A stretch of DNA of 64,000 nucleotides, taken from assembly GCA_965240325.2 (NCBI GenBank), contig OZ251242.1:1302001-1366000 (forward strand), given 5' to 3'. The number at the start of each line of letters is the position of its first letter. Position 1 is the first letter of the stretch. The notes beneath the pieces were generated by a model, which had not been told where the DNA came from, did no database searches, and saw only the letters and a program-made list of their open reading frames with translations. This stretch comes from Rebecca billardiae RCC1528 (Eukaryota > Protista > Haptophyta). Position numbers and translations under genes: made by a program. Shown here piece by piece: positions 11,631-23,575 of this stretch.

Positions 11631-12159
11631 GGGCACGTGGTCTCAAATCTGTCAGCCGCCAGCCCTGCGGCCGCGACGGGTCCGAGCTGGGCGACGATGG
11701 AGGCTGCGCGTCGTCTGGTACCCGACCAACGGGAGGCGGTGGATCGACTGGTGGGTCAGCGGGCCCGAGCTCGCGCGCCAAGGTTCGGCGAGCGGGCCGA
11801 TCCAGGAGTACGCCGCGCAGCTCCGCCGGCGCTTCAATGGGGACGTGCCCAAGGTGTTCAGCCTCGGCCGGGCTGCGCCGCTGCCGCCGCCGAGCGCGAC
11901 GCCGATCGCGGTGCCGAGCGCGGCGGCAGCCGCGGGCGCGGGCGCGGATGGGTCGCGCGCGCCGCCGCACGCCGCAGCGCCGCCCCCAGCGCTCAGCGCG
12001 CACAACACGCCCCGTGGGCGCGACTCCGACGGGCCGCACGAGCCGGAGGCCAAGCGGCGCCCGCGTGCTCCGTCGGGCAGCGCGCGGGGCGAGCGCGAGG
12101 GCGACCTGGACGGGAGTCAGTCGGTTGACGGCGACGGGCGACTAGTTCGAAGCGACTAG
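11631..12159 (+). pseudogene. Orphan terminal-exon-like coding fragment of unknown protein
   Basis: Follows a ccggcgcag acceptor-like site; reads GTWSQICQ...LRVVWYPTNGRRWIDWWVSGPEL...IQEYAAQLRRRFNGDVPKVFSLG... to a stop at 12159 with coding-like codon usage; no upstream exons identified. Confidence 0.35.
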
Positions 12160-12689
12160 TAAACGACAGTCGTATGTATGATATAGTCACGTATCGCAGG
12201 ACGCACCGTCTCACGCCCAGTGCGGAGTCAGGACAGTCTCCGGGTGGCTCAAGACGAGCACGAATCAGAGCCGCGGTACCTACCACTACCAGCGTACCGT
12301 GTACTCAAGTCCCGTAACCGCGTACTTCCCCACGGTGCCGATGGGCGTGTTCGGGTGTGCCAGTCGCGGCCGAACTCGGGCCGGTCGAAATAGGCGGGAG
12401 TCGTCGCGCAGAACCGTCGTCGCGCCTGAGTTCGGACAGAACGGCGGCCCAGACCCCCGACACCTGCCGTGCCGGCTCCGCCCACGCGCCCAGCCCGGGC
12501 AACAGCCGCACTGCCCGGTCACCGTGAAGCGCTGAGAGACACCAGCCAAGTAGCCAACTGACAGGGCGTGTGGCACGCCGCGCAGCGCGGGCCCACTTCG
12601 CGAGCCCAGGGCACAGGGTGCAGAGGCCGCTGCCCGCACGGAGCACCTGCGCGCGGGCCGACGCGCGGCGGACGGGCCGGGGCGTGTCG

Positions 12690-13045
12690 CCGGCCTCTGG
12701 CGTCGGATGACCACAAGGGGCGGAAGTCGCGCAGGCGTGAGCCATGCGCGCGCGGCATCTGGGGTAGGCACCGGGCGGAAGCGCGTCAGCGCGCCCGTGC
12801 GCCGGCCCCGGAAGCATGTTGGCCGCCCGCCTCGTCGCGCAACACCTGACGGCCGACGCGCGGCGGGGGGCGCGGGCGTGTCGCTGGCCTCTGGCGTCGG
12901 ATGACCACAAGGGGCGGAAGTCGCGCAGGCGTGAGCCATGCGCGCGCGGCATCTGGGGTAGGCATTGGGCGGAAGCGCGTCAGCGCGCCCGTGCGCCGGC
13001 CCCGGAGGCATGTTGGCCGCCCGCCTCGTCGCGCAACACTTGACG
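12690..13045. repeat. Tandem duplication, period ~194 bp
   Basis: ctctggcgtcggatgaccacaaggggcggaagtcg...gcgcaacac at ~12695 and ~12889. Confidence 0.9.
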
Positions 13046-13589
13046 CGCGGCATGCGCGGCATGAGCGACCCGGCACCGCCTCCCCGCGGCTGTCTTATGT
13101 CTCCTGTCTCCTGTCTCATGTCTCCTGTCCCGGGCTCGGGCGGCGGCAGAGGCTGCTCCGCCTCCCCGTCCGGCAGGCGGCAGCCGAAGGACACCGGACA
13201 TCGTCCTCCTTTTTTCATTATTCTTTTCTCCTGTTCCTACTCTTTTCTGTCTTTTCTTTTATTATATTGGCGGTAGTAGTTATTCTTCTTTTCTTTTCTT
13301 TTCTCTACTTTTCTTTTCTTTGTAAATAAGACGCAGCCTGCGTGTCTTACCGGACGCTGAGACAGACCAGCCCTTGTCTCACCGGACTCGGAGACAGGCC
13401 AGCCGGACACAACGGGGGCGGCTCGCGCCGACCAATCAGCGGCCCGGAAATCCGTCTGGGACAGGTGGGTGGCAAATGCACGTGGCTTATGCCTTATGGT
13501 GCCGCGGACTCACGGCGGGGCACTACTGCAAGGCCGCCCATCAGAGCAATATTGCATCAGGAGGAGTACGTAGCGGCGGACGCACGTCG

Positions 13590-14251
13590 TCGAGCAGATC
13601 GGCGCGCGGCGGCGGCGCCGGCGCCGCCGCACACCTCCGCCTCGGCGCGGCGCCCCGGGCAGTGCGTGGAGCCGTCGCGGTCGCTCAGCCCGAGCGGGTG
13701 GAACCGTGGAAGGCGGCGACGGCGGCGCCGCTGTAGCTGAGCCCGCGGCGCGCGAGCGTGCGGTCGAACGTGTGCACCTCGCACGGCGTGCGGCTGCGCA
13801 CCGCCGCCTCGAACGTCCAGTCGTCGTCGCTGCCCACGCTGTACACAAGGCAGGGCGCGCGCAGCCTGTCCACGGCGCACACACATTCTTGGGGCCGTCG
13901 CCGTACGCGAGGTACGGCGGGTCGAGCTGCGGGAAGACGGGGCCGCCGGGGCGCTCCTCCGACTCGCACGCCCACTCGGGCTCGAACAAGTCGAACACCG
14001 ACTGCTTCGCCCCCGCGTGCAGCTCGTGCTCGCCGTGCAGCAGCGACACGCGCCTCTGCCCGGCGCGCCTCCGCCACCTCCTCCGCGTCTGCGCCGTCGC
14101 GGTCGCTCAGCCCGAGCGGGTGGAATTCGGCGACGGCGGCGCCGCTGAAGCTGAGCCCGCGGCGCGCGAGCGTGCGGTCGAACGTGTGCACCTCGCACGG
14201 CGTGCGGCTGCGCACCGCCGCCTCGAACGTCCAGTCGTCGTCGCTGCCCAC
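13590..14251 (-). pseudogene. Scrambled, frameshifted Methyltransf_22 (METTL24-like) SAM-methyltransferase pseudogene
   Basis: FDLFEPEWAC...YGDGPKNVC/.../PCLVYSVGSDDDWTFEAAV...CEVHTFD...FHPLGL. The GSDDD...LGLSDRDG segment occurs twice (~14090-14251 and ~13675-13840); frameshifts near 13880 and 13706; no start codon. Confidence 0.75.
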
Positions 14252-14291
14252 GGTACAGTCTGTGGCGGGCCGGAGGGGGGTGAGCTACCTA

Positions 14292-14825
14292 AGGGGTTAA
14301 GCCACTATAACTGTCAGGCAGCCGCCATCGTGCGGCGACGTGCCCACGGCCGACGTGCGCGAATTTGTGCGACGGCGGCAGCGACGAGGTCGCGGTCCCC
14401 GGCCGCTCCGACGCGCTCTTGACTTCCGCGTGGGACGTGCGGAGGTCAAGAACCCATCCTACTCGTCGCCGGTGCCAACCTCGCCGCTAGCGGCGTCGCA
14501 CAAATTTGATGATTGGTACCTTGGGCATGGCCCGCGGCCCGCATGCCAGGTCCGCGCGGCGCTCTGTGGGCAAGCGAGCCAAGGGGCGCAGCGAGTCCGG
14601 TGCGGCTGTCGTACGGGTCGAGCGCGAGCGCCGAGTCGCAGCCGCGCGCGCGCCGCGCCGCTGGCGCCGGGTCGCCCGGGGGAGAAGGCGCAGCTGCAGT
14701 GCTCCTCTGCCATCACGCGATCCGCCGGCAGAAAGACCAGACTTTGCGCCCAGTTTTGACCAAAACGATGGGTTTTTAACTCCGCGCGATCTAGGTAACC
14801 TGACACTTATAGTGGCTCGGCCCCT
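14292..14825. mobile_element. MITE (~534 bp), ~27-bp imperfect TIR, TA flanks
   Basis: AGGGGTTAAGCCACTATAACTGTCAGG vs reverse complement AGGGGCCGAGCCACTATAAGTGTCAGG; TA at 14290-14291 and 14826-14827. Confidence 0.75.
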
Positions 14826-15186
14826 TATGCACTAAGTAGTCGTACGAGCATCAATTATTATAAGCTGTATGTGCAAGCTGTACCCGCGAATCATGGCGCG
14901 AAGCCGTCGCGGCGCGTTCATGAATCATGACCATCCGGTGTTTCGTATATCATAATGGGCGTAAGCTGATGGAACTCAGCAGGTTGAACCGGCCAGCTGC
15001 TGGAGGCCCGAACTGCTCACGTCCACTCGCGAGCGCCCAGGCGAGCGCAGGGTGGTTATCGTAACGAAACGGTTCGCGGCATCGCTGTGGCCATATTCAC
15101 AGGCTCATAGCGAAGTGGGTACTTCTCGCCACATTTTCGTACTGTGTCCTAGCCACCCGTTCCAGAAAGGCGATTAGTTCGGACAC

Positions 15187-15235
15187 GGTCCGGGAGCTCA
15201 AAAGGTGCAAGTTGCACCTTTTGAGCTCCCGGACC
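15187..15235. repeat. Perfect 24-bp-arm palindrome with 1-nt loop
   Basis: ggtccgggagctcaaaaggtgcaa-g-ttgcaccttttgagctcccggacc. Confidence 0.95.
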
Positions 15236-15327
15236 ACAGTGGGAGCACGCGGGGCCGCGGCCGTTGAGAGGGGCGGGGGCGGGCGGGCGACGTCGACGTC
15301 GCGGCGTTCCACGCGCTCTGCTGTCGA

Positions 15328-16333
15328 TGACTTGCTGTTGGCGGCGCGCGCCGCGCTGGCGAGGTGGCTCGGGCCCATGCGTGCCTTCGAGCGCCCGGCG
15401 ACCGCGCGCGCATCGGCTTCCTCCGCCTGTGAGTCGCCCGCGGCCGCGACCGCCGCGCCCTTTGAGTGGGTTGACCGCGCCCGAGCCTGCTCGCCGCCGA
15501 GCGCAGGGATGAGTCGAGCGCGGCGCGAGGCGGCGATCGTGATCGGGCGATCGCATGCGCCCATATGCGCCCCATCTGCCACGGCGCGACCGCTTCAGCG
15601 TGCGTATGTCACCCCACTTGTCAGGGATGTCGAGTAGCAGGCGAGCACCGTCGGCCAGTGTGTCCGCCCGCGCCGCGTGCGCACAGGGCCATACGACGCG
15701 GAAACACGTCACAACCGGCATCAGTGCATGGCCATGGCCGTGTACAGCCCCGCGTGGGCCACCAAGGTCATGCCATCCACTGCTCTGCCAGCTCGCAACG
15801 TGCGTCAATGCTGACGACAACTCTGGTCGAGAAGAAGTTGCTTCTTGAGTTCTGTCACAGTGGTGCACACGGCATCAGTGGACGTCCCCATGACTACGGA
15901 TTCGGACCAACCGTGCCCGCCAGCTTGCGTAGCGAAGACATCACGAGACGCCACGGAGCGACATCCGACGCGTAGAGCCCTTCGCGCACGCGGCGCGGGC
16001 GGACACGCTGGCCGACAGAGCTCGCCCGCTCCCCGACATGCCTGACAAGTGGGGTCACATACGCACGCTGAAGCTGTCGCGCCGTGGCGAATAGGGCGCA
16101 GATGGGCGCATGCGATCGCCCGATCGTGATCGCCGCCTCGCGCCGCGCTCAACTCATCCCTGCGCTCGGCCGCGAGCAGACTCGGGCGCAGTCAACCCCC
16201 TCGAAGCGGGCGGCCGCCGCGGACTCGGGCGACTTGCAGGCGGAGGAAGCCGATGCGCGCGCGGTTGCCGGGCGCTCAAAGGCGCGCATGGGTCCGAGCC
16301 ATCCCGCCCGCGCGGCGCGCGCCGCCCAAGTCA
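15328..16333. repeat. Foldback: ~360-bp inverted arms (15328-15689 / 15977-16333), ~290-bp spacer
   Basis: Arms align colinearly as reverse complements with scattered substitutions, e.g. gcatcggcttcctccgcctg / caggcggaggaagccgatgc. Confidence 0.9.
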
Positions 16334-16455
16334 CGCATATCTCGGTCCGCACGGCCACGCGCCCACCTGTTCGCCATCCTTCCGCCAGTCCGCCACCAGC
16401 CGGGGCGCCTGGCCGGGCGGAACAACACCCCGTGGAACGGGTGGACCGGGAAGAT

Positions 16456-16952
16456 GTCCACACATACAAAGATTGGACGCTTTGCGCCCGAACGCTCTGC
16501 GGCCAGGGCGACGACTTCCTCAACGGCAAGGACGACGACGACTTCCTCAACGGCAAGGGCGACTACTCCCTCAACTCGGCAAGGCCACTAGGCCGCGCAC
16601 ACCGGCCCGGGCGACCACATCCACTACCTGCACTACGGCATCAACTTGAACAGCCTCGGACGACGATAACGACGCGGGCAACTACATGATGACCAAGGCC
16701 GACGACGACTGCAAAACAGCGGCATCCCCGGGCGCCTACTACCTCAGTGACCGTGTGATCAGCATCGGTTATTCGACGACTCCCTCACCCGCGGCCAACG
16801 CGCTCCGACATCCTCCATTGAACTCCATTCAGTACTTCGACAGACGAATCACTAATCAGGAGAGCTGCGCCCTCGTGCTGACGTGCCTGTGTCTTTAAAT
16901 CATAGAATTAGTATAGTCCACACATACAAAGATTGGACGCTTTGCGCCCGAA
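16456..16952. repeat. 37-bp perfect direct repeat flanking a ~420-bp insert
   Basis: gtccacacatacaaagattggacgctttgcgcccgaa at 16456-16492 and 16916-16952; the insert's right end (~16841-16912) recurs at ~51774-51830. Confidence 0.85.
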
Positions 16953-17361
16953 GTAGTTTGTCCTATTTGCAAATACGGTAGAAGACCACGGGAGTGGGCA
17001 TCAGGTTAAGAGGTGTCTTTTGCGTCAGCAGAGTTATCATCAGAGCGCAGCAGCGTATACTAATATAAATAATACTGCTCACGCGCGACTGATGATATAG
17101 ACTGCGCTATGCTGACGCCAATCATCGATCAGACTACAGCAGATGCGAGGCGATGCTATCGAGGTGTGAATGAATATGACGATTCGAATAACGGCGCGGG
17201 CGTGGTTTGGCCCGGGCGTCGGCCCAGAGCCCGGCCGGGCCGGCGGACGAACTCCGGCGAGCGCCCGCGCGACGATGCGTCGTCACTCTGCCATCGGGCC
17301 GGTGTCATCGACATCACGCGTGCCACATTGGCGTCGTGGTCACGTCGTCCGGTCGCGTCTG

Positions 17362-19993
17362 TCAGAGGCGTCTGACTCGTAAGCGGTCCTCGTCGACGGT
17401 GTCCGCGGCCGCCGGCTCCGCAGCGTCGCTGTGTGCGTCCCCAGCCCGCGCGCGCGCAGGGCCGTGCGCGCCGCGCGCACGCTCGTGGCCGTGCGCCGTG
17501 TCCGCGGGCGCGAGCTCAGCCACCGCGGCGGCGGTCTGTGACGCGGCGTGCTGCTCAGAGTCCGGGTCTGATGGCGGCGGGCGTTGCCGTACGCGCGCGC
17601 GCCTGCCTCGCCCGCCCAACCCCCGCCCCACGGCGAAGAGCCTTCGCCAGCCCGTGCGTCGGCGCTTGGCCGGCGCGCCCTCGCCGCCGCCCTCCGCCTC
17701 CCCGCCATCGCTCGACCGGCCGTGCCGCCGCGAGCGGCCGGCGGCGCGCGCCGCGCTGCCGCCCGGCTCATCCGCAGGGAGGGCGTCCGCGCCCGCGCCA
17801 TCCGCCCGCTCAGCGAGCGCTGCGCGCAGGCCCTCCATCCCCGCCGTCGCGTTGTGCGCCTGCTGCCGCCCCATCGCCGCGCGCGCCGCCGCCTCGTCAT
17901 AGCGCAGCCCGACGCTCTCCGCAGCGTTGCGCAGCACGAGAGCGGTCGCGCGCACGGCGCCGGTCGTGTTGAGGTCCACGATGGCCTGCATGGCGAGGGC
18001 GTCGGGGAGGGCGGCCCACCAGCGCGCGGCGTCGCTGCGCGTGCGGAAGACGACGACGCCGGCGAGCGCCTCGCGCAGCGGCACGCACAGCGGCACGTCG
18101 AAGCCGACCAGCGCCTGCGCCACCTGCGCCCGCGGCCGGGGCGGCGCGGGGGCGGCGCGGCCGGGCGGTCGCGCGCGGGCCGAGCGTCGGGCGCGGGCCG
18201 CTCGCGCGCCGCGCGCGCGCCGCCGCGCGTCGCGTGCGCGGGCGCACCTCGTCGGCGGAGACCTCGCCGTCGTCGTTCGCGTCGACCAGCGCGACGAACT
18301 CCTCGTACCGCCGCACCTGCGAGCGCGCGGCGATCGAGGTCCGGTTGAGGCCGACCACCACGGGTGCGAGCGCAATGCCCTGCATTCGGTCCCACATGGA
18401 GCGGGCGCGCGTCGTCGACTTGATCAGCACGACGCGGCTGAGCATGGCGAGGGCGCGCTCGTCCAGCCCGGCCGCCCACTCGCCCACCGTGCTGGTCGCC
18501 GCGGGCGCGGGCCTGCCGCCACCGCCGCCGCCCGCCGCGTCGGCGGCGGCGTCGGCGGGCGGCGGCGCGCCGCGCCGCTGGGCGCCGGATGTCGCGGCGC
18601 CCGTGCCCGCAGCGGCGCCCGCCGCCTGCTCGCCGTCGGCCGGGGCGGCGGCGGCGTCGTCGCGCGGCTGCGCGGCTCTGGCCGGGCGGCGCTCGGCGCC
18701 CGGCAGCGCCGCGCCGCCGTCGCTCATCAGCAGCAGCAGCTCGTCCAGCGTCAGCTCGTCGTTCCCGTCCCGGTCCGCGCGCGCCACCAGCGAGTCGACG
18801 CGCGCCAACACGCCCTTGAGGCGCACGCGCAGCTCCTCGCGTTGCCGGGTCAGGGTCTGGCCCTCGGTGCGGAGGAGGTCGGCGCCGCGCGAGCGCGCGG
18901 AGAAGTCGCGCTCGACCGCGGACGAGAGCGCGTCGCCCACCGTGCTCCGCACCCTCCGCCACCACCGCCTCGGCCGCCGCTCCGCCGGGCCCGCCGCCTC
19001 CTCGTAGCTGTCGCCCGATGCGTCGACCGCGCGCGCGGCGATAAAGCCGTCCGGGCGGCGCGCGGCGCGGGGGCGCCTGGCGGGGGCGTTGGCGCGCGGC
19101 ACGCCGCTCGCGACCTGCCGCTTGGCGAGCAGCGCGCCCACCGACGCCGCGCTGATCGCGAGGTCCTCGCCCGAGCGCGGCGTGCGCAGCAGAGGCGCCG
19201 CCCCCTCGGCCGCCTGCTCGATGCGCGGCCGAGCCGGCCGCGCGCGCGCCCACGGCGGCGGCCACGCCCAGCCGCCGATGCGCGCGCGCGCGCGCGGCGG
19301 CGGCGGGGTTGCGGGCGGGGTCTGCAGCTCGACGCCCTCCGCCTCCGCCTGCAGCTCCGGCACGCTCGCCATCATCTCGAGCTGCTCGATCACGCCGTCC
19401 TCGAACGAAGACGCGAGGTCGAGCGTCGCGTCGGACATCTGCGCGGTCAGCACCTTGCCCGCGCGCAGCACGAGGTTGTTGCGCGAGAAGATCGAGCCGA
19501 ACGGGTCCTCGGTGAGCGTGCGTATCTCCTCGTCCACCATCGACGCGTACCCCTGGCGCAGGATCTTCTGGATCCGCGTGTCCAGGTTCTGCTGCGCCTG
19601 ACGGATCACCGACGTCGCGCCCGGCTTCCAGATCGCCTCGTCCGGCGCGGTGGAGAGGTCGGACTCGATCTGGCGCGTGGCGACCTCCTTCGCGAGGATC
19701 GCGATCAGCCCGACCAGCAGCGGCCGCGGCGACTTCTGCGCGAAGCGCGACGCCACGCGCTCCATCGGGCGCACGACCACCTTGCGGAAGAGCGGCCGGT
19801 TCCACGGCTGGTGGTCGGCCGGGTCGGGCGAGGAGATGAGGCCCGAGCCGCCGGACATGTCGAGCGGGTAGATGCGCGCGGGGGTGGGGTCGGTCAGCTC
19901 GCGCTCCCTGTACCGCGGCGGCCGCGGCTCGCCCACGCCGCCCGCCGCGCGGAGCGGCGCGGCGGCGCTGCGCGCGCGAGGCGCCGGCGCCAT
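17362..19993 (-). CDS. Hypothetical EF-hand-containing protein; exons 19993-18248, 18123-17362
   Basis: EF-hand loops DRDGNDELTLDE and DANDDGEVSADE; GT-AG intron 18247-18124 joins frames; start uncertain (first ATG 19993). Confidence 0.7.
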
Positions 19994-21772
19994 CCCCGAA
20001 GAGGCAATCAACCAGCGCGCGGTGCCGCCTTTCAGCCACTGGGCGCAGGAATTTCGGGTGGGGATTTTCTTTTCCGAATATGTTGGTGATGCCGTCAGAG
20101 CACCACCAACCTCTGCCGCTGGCGGCTGCGCTGACAGCGCGCTGGGCGGCGCTGGAGGGGCGAGATGGGCGCCGACTGCGCGCCCTCCTGCGGTAGTTGC
20201 GTGCCCGCGAAGGCGGTGCGCGTGGTTGAGCGCGGCTGAAGAGCAGCCATTTGCGTCGTTCTACCGCTCGCCGTTCGGAATCACTGCATCCGCCGCGCCT
20301 CAGGCCATCGCGTGCGCCGCACCAACAAGGAAGTTGTGTGCATTCCTCGGCTGACTGCACGCGTGCCGCGAGCAGCGGCGTCGGCGTCCGGCACTTGGTT
20401 GCACCGGGCAATGTCCAGGTAGTTTATGCACGCGGCATCGCTCGTCACAGTACGCTGCCTGGCATACGCATCTGCACGGGTCACACAGCCGTCAAAAGGC
20501 ATGATCGAGCATCACGCAGCGGTTGGCATCGACCTACGGCGAGGGTCATGTGAGCATGCAAAGCACGGACATGCGCCCTTCTGGATAGTGATGTAGTGAG
20601 CATATTCCCGCGTGAAAGGAGCGCGCGCCATTCAGGCACCGGAAGCGGCGTCGGGGCTGGATGCTCACGTCTTAGGCAGGCTGATGCTGCCTTCCGGCTG
20701 CACGGGTGCGTCTATCAAGGCTGACCGTGTGTGCACGATGCGCACCGTCAAGTTCGACACGAACGTCCAGACGTGAGCTACTGCTTGACAAGGTAGTATA
20801 CACACATTCATACACGCGCCGTGTCATCCGAGGAGGCACATACACGCAGGCCATCATGGGCCTCGTTCAGGTATATTCTGCATCAGCACGCATGCATGCA
20901 CGTACTAGCTCGGGCCAAGATTGACGTCGGAGCACGAGTCAGGGAGTTCAATGCCGGGGCAGAGCTGGACAGCGGTCACGTGTGTGGCCACTCCGCGCGA
21001 GCGCACATGCTCCGCGTCACCGCATATCAGCATGGCGTGCGCTGCAACGTCATCGTCGGGCCAGAGCGCTTGTTCGACCAATCGGCTCGTATGAATGATG
21101 CAATCAGCACACCTGAACGCAGCTGTTCGGACCCGCGCTCATGCGCGGCGGCGCAAGGTAGCGCAGTGCGTACAGCGTAGGCCTCGCCGCGCGGAAGCGC
21201 ATGCTCCGTGTGTGTCTCGCCTCGCATGGCGCACGCGGGCGAGGCTGGCCGTGTGGCGGTGTGCACAGACAAGTGCTGGCCCGAGGCAAGTACAGCCGAA
21301 TGCGATGCGCGGCGCGAAGCGGCGAATGGCACTTCAGCACGACTGCCCAGCCTAGCTCGCCGGCTCTGCGCTCGCGGGATCGTCCACACGCACGGGAGCG
21401 CGGCGCCGTCGCCCGCTCGCCCGAGACGCGCGCGTCCGCCGCGCAGCGCGCGGCTGAATAAATGCAAGGCGGAAATAAAAAGCGCGCCGATTTTCTGATT
21501 TCTCCGACCCTGGGTGCCGTGTCCCCAGTGGGACGGCCCGAACTGCGAACACGGAAAACTTCAAAACCGAGCTCTCATCAGATCGTCAGCGCAGCTCGCT
21601 GCCCGAACAGGGGGCCTCGTCCGGGACTCTCCACTTGTGAAACATGAGTACAGGAGGCTTCGGCAGCTACCCGCGGAATTGAGAATGAATATAGGCAGAA
21701 TCCGCGCCGAATCTTGACCTTCGCGCCGAGCATGGGCGCATGGCGGCGGCCGAGCCTCGACGCTTGCACCCG

Positions 21773-23575
21773 TCAGTCCACCTTGAGCGCGTCCTGCGCG
21801 GCATCCGACGCCTCTGTCGACGCCTCTGACGGGCCCTCCGACGGCCGGCGCAGCACACCCATGCGCTGCGCGCCGCGCAGCCGGGCCCAGGACCTCTTGC
21901 TCGCGGACAGCTCGATGTACGACTCGGGGTGGCGCACGGGCGACAGGGACGAGAGGAAGTCCGTCGACACGCCGCGCACCTGCGGCGCGGTCGTCGCGAA
22001 AAGCGGCGGCGCGCGCGTCGGCGGCGCGCAGTGCGGCGCGCGCGCGGGGGTGCGGTGGGGATGCGCCCCGCCGAGCAGCGCACGACCGCACGGGCTCTCG
22101 CGCGCGACCAGCACGGCTGCACGCACCATCTTCTGCTCCGCCTTCGTCGTGGGCGCCTTCATCGCGATGAACTTTACAAACTGCGAGCGGTGGCGCCGCG
22201 CGCGCGCGCGCGGGGGCAGCTGTCAGCCGCGCGCGCGCGGGGCCGCGAGCCGCCGCGTGGCGCTGACGCCGCGCAACGCGCCTTGGACGAGCAGTCGAGG
22301 ATGAAGAGAATGTTGAGCAGGCTCATGAAGCCGATGCCGACCGCGCCGCCCACCAGCATGCGCGTGTCGCCCTGCGCGCGGAAGTGGTGCAGCAGCTTGG
22401 CGCCCACGAAGACGTAGCTGCGCGCGCGTCCACGGGAGGGCACGGGGGGCTCGGGCGGCGCGGGCGGGCGCGACGCACGACGGCCCGCCTGGCGCGCCGC
22501 AGCGGCCAGGTGGGCCGTCGTGCGCCCGATGTGCGGTGCGCGCACCGCACACCGGGCGCACGCTACACGCTCGGCGTGCAGAAGGCTGCGGCGCGCGCAC
22601 CGCAGCCCGCGGCTGTAGCCCATGGTCAGCATGACGAGCGTCACTGTCGCTTTCATCTGCGCAAGGCCGCCGCGCGTGCCGATGTCGAGCGTGTAGCCGT
22701 AGTTCTGCGCCATCAGCGCGACGCACGCGGCGAACTGCAGCAGGAAGATGCCCTCGTGGTACCAGTACAAAGACGGGTACGCCATATTCATCGGGATCAC
22801 CTGCGGCGCACACGGCACGCGCGCGCGCCCCAGGCCGGGCGCGGGCCAGGCGGGGCTGAGGGGCGCCGCGCGCGCGCGCGCCGCGCGCGTGCACATGCGG
22901 GCGCGCGGCGGCGGCGGCGGCGAGGAGCGCGCGCGCGCATGGCACGGCGTGGCGCGGCGCGCGCCATGGACAGGCCCATCGTGTGGTGGATGCCGAGGAT
23001 CACCAGCAGCGCGGTCGGGTTGTTCCGCGCGCCTTCCTTGGTGCAGCACACTTGGAACAGCCGGCTCAGGATGTCCTGCAGCTCCCAGCCCGCCTCGCAC
23101 AGCGCGCCGTGGCAGGCGAGGGCCGTGGCGACGTGCGCCGGCACGCCGAGCGCCGGCACGAGCGCGGGCACGCAGAGCAACCCGCCCACGCCGTGCTGCA
23201 CCATGATCGCGAGGAAGAGGCATGCGAATTCGTACGCCGTCTCCGTGTCGAAGTCGATGAAGAACGAGCTCTTGACTGCGAGCGCGGGGCGGACGGGCTC
23301 GAGTGATGGCGCGTGCGCGCGCCGATGGGCACGCGGCGCAGATGCGTGGCGCGCCTCTGCGCGCACGAGCAGCGCGCACGCGCGCGCGCACAGGTCTTCC
23401 TCGAGAGGGCGGCAAACTGGTGCCGGTACGGCTTGGAGTCGATGTATCGCTGGGCGACGTGCTGGCCGAACCAGGGCATGAAGAAGAACCAGAAGGCCGC
23501 CTGCATGCTCACGAGGCATAGCTGCACCTCCAGCCGCGGCGACGCCATGAGCAGGTCGGAGAGCGTGATCGCCAT
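21773..23575 (-). CDS. Multi-pass membrane protein, TLC-domain-like; 5-6 exons
   Basis: Spliced hydrophobic segments (AFWFFFMPWF; AYEFACLFLAIMVQHGVGGLL; GWELQD; ILGIHHTMGLSM|VIPMN; YVFVG...LNILFILD). Two introns have GC donors (22964, 22281). TLC assignment is tentative. Confidence 0.7.

Larger units (their letters stand above)
7401..13484. mobile_element. Putative ~6.1-kb non-autonomous TIR element packed with tandem repeats
   Basis: Left CACGTGTATTTGCCACCCCCCCTG (7401-7424) vs right CAGGTGGGTGGCAAATGCACGTG (13462-13484), which are reverse complements with few mismatches. TGTCTC/GAGACA subterminal motifs at ~13090-13410. No TSD beyond the palindromic CACGTG itself. Confidence 0.5.

Noticed and set aside
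17340-20411. 1023-aa ORF and similar overlapping or antisense ORFs (e.g. 24941-26452, 53407-55710, 61186-63102)
   Set aside because: Shadow frames of real genes caused by extreme GC3; low-complexity translations with no motifs.
20400-21500. Possible pseudogene
   Set aside because: No identifiable homology; all frames interrupted.
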